This document shows, one piece after another, positions 56,664 to 64,000 of a stretch of 64,000 nt of DNA. Origin of the DNA: an uncultured Trueperaceae bacterium (lineage in GTDB: Bacteria; Deinococcota; Deinococci; Deinococcales; Trueperaceae); contig CAWCXJ010000001.1 in NCBI GenBank assembly GCA_963799485.1, positions 128,001 through 192,000 on the forward strand, in the 5' to 3' direction. Numbering within the stretch: position 1 is the first letter of the stretch; every line of letters starts with the position of its first letter. Made by a program: the position numbers and the translations under genes. Below the pieces are notes generated by a model, which worked only from the letters and a program-made list of their open reading frames with translations, was not told the origin of the DNA and searched no databases.

Positions 56664-58951
56664 AGTTTATCAGGCTGCTGGTTTTCGCTACAATCTTTTT
56701 CGGTAGTTTGGTCTCGGCGCAGACTGTACCCAACGGCCCGCAGCTGGCAGTGTTCCCTTTTGTCGGCAGCGAACCGCGCCTCGGCGTCGCCGTTGCCGAC
56801 CGGTTGACCCGTTCGTTTACGGACGCCAGCATCCCGCCCGAACTCGCGCTCGGCCTGGTGCCGCCGCTGCTGCTCGAAGAGGGCACCTTTATCAGCCCGC
56901 TCAACCTCTTGGGCGACGAGGGGACGGCGAGCCGGTTGGCTGCGGCTTTTTTACGGGAGGCGCTCTTTGTCAGTACCGCCGTAACCGGGCAGGTACGGCT
57001 GACCGGGGCGGGGCTCGAGCTCAGGCTGTTCGTCGCCCGCCCGGACGGGGCGCGCAGCTTTTTGTTTTACGCGCCCGAAGCGTTTCCTGAACGCCTGGTC
57101 GCTCAGGCTCAGGGGGCGCTCAGCAGTTACGCCGGACTGACGCCGAGGCCGGACGCACGCCTCAGCATCGACCTGTCGTCGCCTTACGGCACCTTTATCG
57201 ACGCGCTGGTCAATCTGGGGAGTGGGTTCCCAGACGAGGCGTTGCCGCTTTTACGGCGCGCCGGGGCTGCCCTGCGCGCCGAACCGCGTTTTAGCGCGCG
57301 GGCCGAAGCGGTGCAGGGGCTCTTGTCGGCGCGTCCGGGAGGGGCCGGGGCCCGCTATCCGCTGCTCGCCGCCGTGATCGCGCTCAACAGGCAACCTTTT
57401 AGCGAAGCGGCGGTGATGCGTGCGTTCGAAAAAAGTCCACTGCCTTTAGGCACACTTTGGCGGGCGCTCCTTGCGGTACAAGCCGGTGACGCTGAAGGTG
57501 CCCGTCAGGGTTTTACGGCGCTCGGTGGTTACGCTTACGCTGAAGCCCAGGCGCTGTTCTACCGCTTGGGCGAAACCGACGGCGCGGCGCTTAAAACCGA
57601 CTTGCAAACGCTGCTGCAACAGTATCCAAACGCGCTGAGCGTTTTAGTAAGTGGACTCTTTTTAGCCCAGGGCTTAAATGACGGGGTGCTCGAGCAGACT
57701 CTCGCAACGCGTCTGACCGAACTGGCTCCGGCTTTCGCCTATCCCTACGAACGGCTGTCCCAGCTTGCGTTTGACCGTAACGAGCCTGAAGCGGCGGCGG
57801 TTGCCCTTCGCACGGCGGCGCGGCTCGAGCCGCAAAGCGACCTCTACTTGACCAATCTGGGCTGGGCGTACTATCTGCTGGGCGCACTTGAAGCGAGTGA
57901 AACGGCGTCGGAAGAGGCGCTGAGGCTCAACCCCGGTGAGGTCGTCGCGCTTTACAATCTGGGCCTCGTCCAGACGGTCACGGGCCGTTTGGGGCTGGCG
58001 CTAGACACTTACGCACAGGCGACCGCCCTCGATTTGCAGGCTGATGACCAGCTCGACCCGGCAGCCACCGCAGACCTGCAGGATGCGCTGGCCCTTTACC
58101 CCGACGTTCCGGGTATCTATTACGCCCTGGGGACGCTTTTGGAGGTCGGCGGTAAGCCCGGCCCCGCCGCCGCGCAGTTTGAGCGCTACGCCGCGCGGGG
58201 CAAAGGGCCGCGCGTCGCCGAGGCCGAGGCGCGGATAGAGGCGCTCCGGGCACCCGCGCCACCGCTGCGTCTCGCCCCGGTACAGCTCGGGGTCGGGACC
58301 GCAACCGAGAGGGTCGCCCAATACGTCCCCGGCGACCTGCTCTACGCCCGTTTTGAACTTTCGACGCCGGGCGACGCGCTCCCTACGCCCCTGCAGATCA
58401 CCCTCAGACTCGAGGACAAAGGCGGACGCGTCGTCAGCGAGGCTTCGGCGACCGAGCGGACACCGCTACCGCCCAACACCGTTGCTCTGGAGATTACCGA
58501 CGTAGCGCTCACGTTGCCGCAAACCCTGGCACCCGGAGATTACACCCTGAACGTTTCGGCGCGCGCGCGCGGGCGCGTCGCGCGGGCGCAGCTACCCGTC
58601 ACCGTCGCTACCCGTACACCCCCTTTGGCCCGGCAACTTATCGGTCGGGGCGTCATCCTCCGCAGTCTTACCGGGCGTTCGCTCTATCCGGACGCGTCGC
58701 TGGCAGACGACGCGCTCGTTCAGACCCTTCTCGCCGAGTTGTCACGCGCCGCCGCTGAAGCCGCCGAAACCTTGCCGGAAGTCGCTGGCGGGCGCTTTGC
58801 CGGTCAGGGTGGTGCCGCGGTGTTTAGCTCGAGCAAAGAAGAAGATATACGCGATTTTTTAGCTTTTATCCTGCAAGAAGGCACAAATACCGACGGCAGC
58901 TTCGCCGAACTTTACGCACGCTGGGCGCTCGCGGGCGCGCCTGCACCCTAA
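56660..58951 (+). CDS. Secreted TPR-repeat protein
   Basis: Signal peptide; TPR motifs YLTNLGWAYYLLG and ALYNLGLV; Ig-like segment PGDYTLNV. Confidence 0.8.
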   Translation: MKFIRLLVFATIFFGSLVSAQTVPNGPQLAVFPFVGSEPRLGVAVADRLTRSFTDASIPPELALGLVPPLLLEEGTFISPLNLLGDEGTASRLAAAFLREALFVSTAVTGQVRLTGAGLELRLFVARPDGARSFLFYAPEAFPERLVAQAQGALSSYAGLTPRPDARLSIDLSSPYGTFIDALVNLGSGFPDEALPLLRRAGAALRAEPRFSARAEAVQGLLSARPGGAGARYPLLAAVIALNRQPFSEAAVMRAFEKSPLPLGTLWRALLAVQAGDAEGARQGFTALGGYAYAEAQALFYRLGETDGAALKTDLQTLLQQYPNALSVLVSGLFLAQGLNDGVLEQTLATRLTELAPAFAYPYERLSQLAFDRNEPEAAAVALRTAARLEPQSDLYLTNLGWAYYLLGALEASETASEEALRLNPGEVVALYNLGLVQTVTGRLGLALDTYAQATALDLQADDQLDPAATADLQDALALYPDVPGIYYALGTLLEVGGKPGPAAAQFERYAARGKGPRVAEAEARIEALRAPAPPLRLAPVQLGVGTATERVAQYVPGDLLYARFELSTPGDALPTPLQITLRLEDKGGRVVSEASATERTPLPPNTVALEITDVALTLPQTLAPGDYTLNVSARARGRVARAQLPVTVATRTPPLARQLIGRGVILRSLTGRSLYPDASLADDALVQTLLAELSRAAAEAAETLPEVAGGRFAGQGGAAVFSSSKEEDIRDFLAFILQEGTNTDGSFAELYARWALAGAPAP

Positions 58952-60633
58952 GGAACCGTAACCGGCGCGCCGTAAGCTTCACCGCCCAACGTAAGCCTGA
59001 AGACGAGCGGGCCGGTCGCCGTCGTCAGGTAGATACCCTCGAGTCGTTCATTGGCCGCAACCTTTTGCCCGCGCAAAATCGTCTCCCGGGTACCGTCTGC
59101 CCGTGTGACCGTAATCGTTGCGGCACGCCCCCCGGCGTCTTGCCCGAGCTGCCAGGCGTAGCGTGCCCGGCGCACTGAAATCTGCGGCGCAGCGGTTGGC
59201 TCGACGCTTACGACGATCTCAGGCATTGGGATTTCAAGCGGTGCTCGGTTAAGCGTAACGCTTATATTTCCCTGCAGTGGCGCGCCGGGTTCGGGACGCT
59301 GCAACACTACGCCGCTCGGCAGTTCGGGCGCGCTGACCTGGGCACCGACAACGACGCCTAGACCAAGCGCCCGCGCCCGCCGCTGCGCGCTCCCGAGGTC
59401 CAAGCCGGTGAGGTCGGGGGTGCCGCCCTCGCCGGAAGCGGTACTTGCCGCCGCCAGCGTAAGCCGTAAACGGGCCTGCGCCAGCGGTACGCTGACGTAA
59501 GGGGCGATGTTCTGGGCTAAAACCGTTCCGGCGGGGGTACCGTTGCCGGGGGTACGCTCGAGCCTGACCGCACCACGCGCAAACCCGGCGGCCTCAGCGA
59601 GTCCTAACGCGTCTTCTAAAGGCAAACCGGTCAAATCGGGTACAAAGGTCGCTTCACCTAGCGGCCCGTTGCTGACGAGCAGCACAAAATGTCCCCCTTG
59701 GGCGGCGGGCGCAGCAGCGGCTGGAATCTGCGCGATAACCGTTCCTCTCGGGGCGCGGCTGTAACTCCGCGCCACCTCCCCGACGCGAAACCCTGCTTCG
59801 CTCAGCATGGTTTCGGCCCGCGTCAGGGTCGTTCCTACGACGCCGGGGGCAACTTCCGGTGACTGTCCGGCCGGAAGGGCGTAACGAACACTTAGCGTGC
59901 GACCCGGACGCAGCGACGTTCCGGCCTCCGGACGCACCTCGAGCACCTCACCTGCCGGTCGGGACGACGTGAGGGGGACGGGCGCGCTGCGAAACCCTGC
60001 GTCGTGAAGCCTTTTTAGGGCGATGTTGATCTCCTGTCCGCGCACGTCGGGGACGCTGACCAACGCAGGTTGTAAAAGCTGCGCCAAGCTGAGCAGCAAG
60101 AAAAACACACCCAAAAGGCCCAATATACACGCGGGTGCCCACGGACGAAACGCGGCCCAAGTCGATACCCGGCGGCTCCTTGGGGGTGCCGGTCTCACCG
60201 CAGCCGGCTCGGGGGTGCTCGAGGTCACTGCTGCACCCGCCGCCGAGAAACTCAGCGCGTAAACTTGCGGCGGTGCGCCCGGTACGGCGCACACCTGCGC
60301 TTCAGTAAGCCGGCGGTCGTAGGCGGCTAATATCTCCTCAATAGCGTCTAGTTCCTTGCCGGCAACCGGCTGCGCTCCTGTTTCTCCCGGTACGCGCCAC
60401 GCGACGTAGTGTGCGCCCGGACGTGAAACGAGGTCGTAAAGAGCCGCGTGACCACTCCGCCTAAGCTGCCGTAAAAGCGCCCGGTACTGCTCGAAAGCGC
60501 GTTCCTCAACGGGTGTCCCTAAGTCGTACCAGTTGATGCTCAGGGCGGTGCCGTCCGGAGCCGTCGCGCCGAAAAGCGTCTCGCGCCCCCCCAGCTCTCT
60601 CTCTGAAGTGATCTCGTACCTGCCGTCTAACAC
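58948..60633 (-). CDS. PASTA-domain membrane protein with a degenerate kinase-like N-terminus
   Basis: Starts MLDGRYEI; one TM; about 4 PASTA repeats (VPDVRG, APGVVG, VPDLTG, TPDLTG). Confidence 0.82.
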   Translation of the reverse strand: MLDGRYEITSERELGGRETLFGATAPDGTALSINWYDLGTPVEERAFEQYRALLRQLRRSGHAALYDLVSRPGAHYVAWRVPGETGAQPVAGKELDAIEEILAAYDRRLTEAQVCAVPGAPPQVYALSFSAAGAAVTSSTPEPAAVRPAPPRSRRVSTWAAFRPWAPACILGLLGVFFLLLSLAQLLQPALVSVPDVRGQEINIALKRLHDAGFRSAPVPLTSSRPAGEVLEVRPEAGTSLRPGRTLSVRYALPAGQSPEVAPGVVGTTLTRAETMLSEAGFRVGEVARSYSRAPRGTVIAQIPAAAAPAAQGGHFVLLVSNGPLGEATFVPDLTGLPLEDALGLAEAAGFARGAVRLERTPGNGTPAGTVLAQNIAPYVSVPLAQARLRLTLAAASTASGEGGTPDLTGLDLGSAQRRARALGLGVVVGAQVSAPELPSGVVLQRPEPGAPLQGNISVTLNRAPLEIPMPEIVVSVEPTAAPQISVRRARYAWQLGQDAGGRAATITVTRADGTRETILRGQKVAANERLEGIYLTTATGPLVFRLTLGGEAYGAPVTVP

Positions 60634-60806
60634 GCCCTACTATCTTATGACGCGAACACCCGCAAGACCTGAGAATTTCTCTTGAGAACCATCTCGGGCG
60701 TGTTTGTCCTTAGCTGTACCTGATTCTCGACGAACTGCTCGAGATATATGTTTAGAGGCTCTAAACCCATCTCGGCGCGGCGCACCTCGGCGCCACACCG
60801 TACAGC

Positions 60807-60835
60807 AAAAAAGAGACGCGGTTTAGGCGTCTCTT
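60807..60835 (-). terminator. Intrinsic terminator after ftsH copy 2
   Basis: AAGAGACGC-GGTTTAG-GCGTCTCTT with a T-tract on the minus strand. Confidence 0.7.
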
Positions 60836-60857
60836 CGGTATTGATACAAGCTTTTTG

Positions 60858-62844
60858 CTAACCTCGCGACCCTTCCGACGCAGGCCGCGTGTCGATGGTC
60901 GGGGTAGGACGTTCGGCGCGGCGTTGCCGGTCGGCTTCGGCGGCGCGTTCGGCGGCGGCTGCCATACGGCGTTCGGCAGCTTCCGTGTCATCGACGATCA
61001 TCTTGGTGATCTCTTCAGCGCTTGCGCCTTCTTGGGCAGCGCTCAAACGCCTTGGCGATAAGCGTGCCTTCGATGGTTTCACGTTCTAAAAGTGCGTTGG
61101 CAACGCCTTCAACAGCAACCCAGTGGTCACCGATAACGGTTTCGGTAACTTTGTAGGCAGCCTCCAAAATCTTGTTGACTTCGCCCTCCAACTCACGCGC
61201 TGTCTCCTCGGAGAAATCTTTACGGCGACTGATTTCGCCGCCCAAAAAGACCGGCCCCTGGTCGGAGCCCCACGCCACGAACTCTTCGCCGCCCATACCG
61301 AGGTCGAACACCATCTGCTTGGCCATATCGGTCGCTTGCTTGAGGTCGTTTGACGCACCTGACGAGATCGTACCCGTAAGCTTCTTCTCCGCGACGCGTC
61401 CACCAAAAGCAACGACGAGCTGCTGCTGAAAACGTTCACGTGAAAAAAACATCTCTTCTTTGGACAGGGGAGCCATAAAGCCGCCGGCACCGCCGCGCGG
61501 CATGATCGTCACCTTACGGATGTGTCCTAAGTCGGGTTGCGACGCGAACGCGACCGCGTGTCCCGACTCATGAAACGCCAGAATCTGCCGCTCTTTTTCA
61601 CTCGGGACGAGCGAGCCGCGCCGTAAACCGAGCACGATACGGTCTAAAGCTTCGTTAAAGTCGCTCCACGAGATGATCTGTTTGCCGGTACGGGCGGCAA
61701 TCAGCGCGGCTTCGTTGGTGAGGTTCTCGAGGTCGGCCCCGGAAAACATCGGCGTCGCACTGGCGAGGCGCTCGATGTCTACATCGTCGGCGACGGGCTT
61801 ATTCCGCACATGAACGCGCAAGACCTGCTCGCGTTCACGCTGCGTCGGCAACCCGATGGTCACTTGCCGGTCGAAACGGCCTGGGCGCAAAAGGGCCGGG
61901 TCTAAAACGTCAGGGCGGTTGGTCGCTGCGATGATGATAACCGAAGTGTCTTTTTCAAACCCGTCCATCTCGGACAAAATCTGGTTGAGGGTCTGCTCGC
62001 GTTCGTCGTGACCGCCGCCGATACCCGCGCCGCGTCGCCGCCCGATCGAGTCGAGTTCGTCGATAAAGATAATAGCGGGGCTCGCCTTGCGCGCCTCTTC
62101 GAACAGGTTGCGGACGCGGCTCGCCCCGACGCCGACGAACATCTCCATAAATTCGGACGCCGAGACCGTTAAAAACGGTACGCCTGCTTCACCGGCAACG
62201 GCGCGGGCAAGGAGCGTTTTACCGGTTCCGGGTGGCCCGACCAGGAGCATCCCTTTAGGAATCTCTGCGCCGATCCGCAGATACTTTTGTGGACTTTTAA
62301 GAAAATCGACTACTTCCTTAAGCTCTTGCTTCGCCTCTTCGTGACCGGCAACGTCTTCAAAGGTCGTTTTGACCTTGTTTTCGCGCCCGTAGGTTTTGGC
62401 TTTCGATTGACCGAACTGCATCACCTGACTGGGGCCGCCCTGCGCCCGCATAAAGACGAACCAGAAAAAACCGATCAAGATGATAATCGGCAAAAACGAG
62501 ACGAGCAGGCCGAGCCACTGCGACGGTACACGACCTTCGAACGAAACGTTGTTTTCCTTGAGGAGCGGAATCAACGTCGGGTCTTCGACGGGGAGCGTTG
62601 TCACCTGGAACGAACGGATCGCGCGTGTTTGACCACCTTCGTCGACCTGCGTCTCGGCTTTGAGTTCGCCGCGAATCGTGTTTTGCTCGATCACGACTGA
62701 ATCAACCTTGTCTTCAGTTACGAGGTTGGTGAAGGTCGAGTAGCTGATTTCGCTCCCCGGGGGGCGCGCGTTAAACTGGTTGAAGACGACGACCCCCAGG
62801 ATAATCAAAATCACAAAAAACCAGGGGTTAAAGGTTCGTTTCAA
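60858..62844 (-). CDS. ftsH: FtsH protease (copy 2) with an apparent 1-nt insertion near the C-terminus
   Basis: [17 protein letters not shown] motif, HESGH. The ORF stops at 61015, but an alternative frame continues [15 protein letters not shown]... to 60858, just before the terminator. Confidence 0.9.
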
Positions 62845-63043
62845 GATGGTGCCTCCATATGGCGTGCTGGCTTACCCGCCCGTAGGGCAATCCGTAGCAG
62901 ATTTGGGTGTCTTGCGTGCGGGCGTCTTCAGTACGCGCATCGTAGCACTTTAACAACCCCTTCGGCTGTAAGCTGCCGGACGAAAAAAGTGCTGTTCGCC
63001 TCACGTGTAATTCGTGTGGGACGCCCAAACGCGTAGCCGAGGT

Positions 63044-64000
63044 TTAGAGTTTATGACCTTTGGGAACCGTAACGATGCCGCGTTCACTGACTGTCAGGCC
63101 CCTGGCCCGGTCATCGTCCGGATTGACCCCGATGTGCGTCCCGTCTTTCAAGACGACGTTCTTGTCCAGAATAGCGTTTTTGATGACGCAGTGACGTCCG
63201 ATTTCGCAGTTGTCCATCAACACGGAGTTTTCGACGAGACTATACGAATGAACCCGGACACGCCGCGACACCACTGAACGCCGGAGCGTCGATCCGGAGA
63301 CAATGACGCCCCCTGCTACCAGCGAGTTAAACGCCTGCCCACGCCGACCGTCTTCTTCGTGGACAAACTTGGCAGGAGGCGAAAACTCGGCGGAGGTTCG
63401 CAGCGGCCATTCGTAGTTGTAGAGGTCGAACTCGGGGGTAACGTCGACGAGGTCCATGTTGGCCTCCCAGTACGAGTCGATAGTGCCGACGTCGCGCCAG
63501 TAGGTGTTCGCGCGGTCTTCGCCGGGAATCGGGTTGGTGGCAAAATCATAGGCGATCACCTTATAGCCCTCTGCCATCGCCAGCGGCAAGACGTTGTGAC
63601 CGAAGTCGTGGGACGAGTCTTCGTTGGCCGCGTCCGCGAGAAGAAGCTTTTTAAGCGCGTCGGCGGAAAAGATATAGTTGCCCATCGAGGCGAGCGCGTG
63701 CGTGTCGCGTCCCGGCATAGGATTGGGTTGCGATGGTTTTTCCTGCCACTCGGTGATGTTGAAATCTTTATCGACCTGCAAGACGCCGAACCGGGTCGCC
63801 TCTTCGACCAAGGTAGGGTAGGCGGCGACGGTTACGTCTGCGCCGCTTTCATGGTGCTGCGCGATCATGTGGCGAATATCCATCTTGTAGATATGGTCGC
63901 CTGAAAAAATAGCCACCAGATCGGAGCGGTTATTGTCGATCAGGTGGATGTTCTGATAAATGGCGTCGGCGGTGCCGCGGTACCACTGTTCGCCTAATTC
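63044..64000 (-). CDS. glgC: Glucose-1-phosphate adenylyltransferase (5' end beyond the window)
   Basis: [43 protein letters not shown]; frame open to 64000. Confidence 0.96.
   Translation of the reverse strand, partial: ELGEQWYRGTADAIYQNIHLIDNNRSDLVAIFSGDHIYKMDIRHMIAQHHESGADVTVAAYPTLVEEATRFGVLQVDKDFNITEWQEKPSQPNPMPGRDTHALASMGNYIFSADALKKLLLADAANEDSSHDFGHNVLPLAMAEGYKVIAYDFATNPIPGEDRANTYWRDVGTIDSYWEANMDLVDVTPEFDLYNYEWPLRTSAEFSPPAKFVHEEDGRRGQAFNSLVAGGVIVSGSTLRRSVVSRRVRVHSYSLVENSVLMDNCEIGRHCVIKNAILDKNVVLKDGTHIGVNPDDDRARGLTVSERGIVTVPKGHKL

Noticed and set aside
39145..62844. Two ftsH genes within 25 kb as a recent duplication
   Set aside because: The proteins are strongly diverged outside the AAA core, and multiple FtsH paralogs are normal in Deinococcota.
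580..63904. Numerous antisense and alternate-frame ORFs of 60-250 aa
   Set aside because: They are shadows of real genes in GC-rich DNA, with Arg/Pro/Ser-rich composition and no recognisable motifs.

Overview
A 64-kb GC-rich, gene-dense stretch of bacterial chromosome. Gene content and style point to Deinococcota, probably Truepera-like (inference): leaderless genes, a long PlsY fusion, a degenerate-kinase PASTA protein, a His-rich crotonase N-terminus and two FtsH paralogs. Most of it is housekeeping (dnaB, ftsH x2, fabI, thrB, nnr, prmA, rsmE, argR, glgC, methylmalonyl-CoA mutase, hbd/crt, deoD-type PNP) plus four ABC-transporter clusters, with accessory lipoproteins in between (GH55 glucanase, PKD-Kelch, unknowns). 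I found no rRNA, tRNA, CRISPR array, transposase or integrase. Most notable: (1) a divergent PlsY domain fused to an acyl-ACP-reductase-like domain, a candidate enzyme for the unusual Deinococcota lipids; (2) two strongly over-represented hexamers, palindromic CTCGAG and non-palindromic CGTAAA/TTTACG; (3) an esterase-esterase-ATP-grasp operon; (4) many 12-16-bp imperfect tandem duplications; (5) a 15-bp inverted repeat bracketing a promoter-bearing segment next to argR; (6) several frameshifted or decayed genes. All assignments come from reading motifs by eye; no searches were run.
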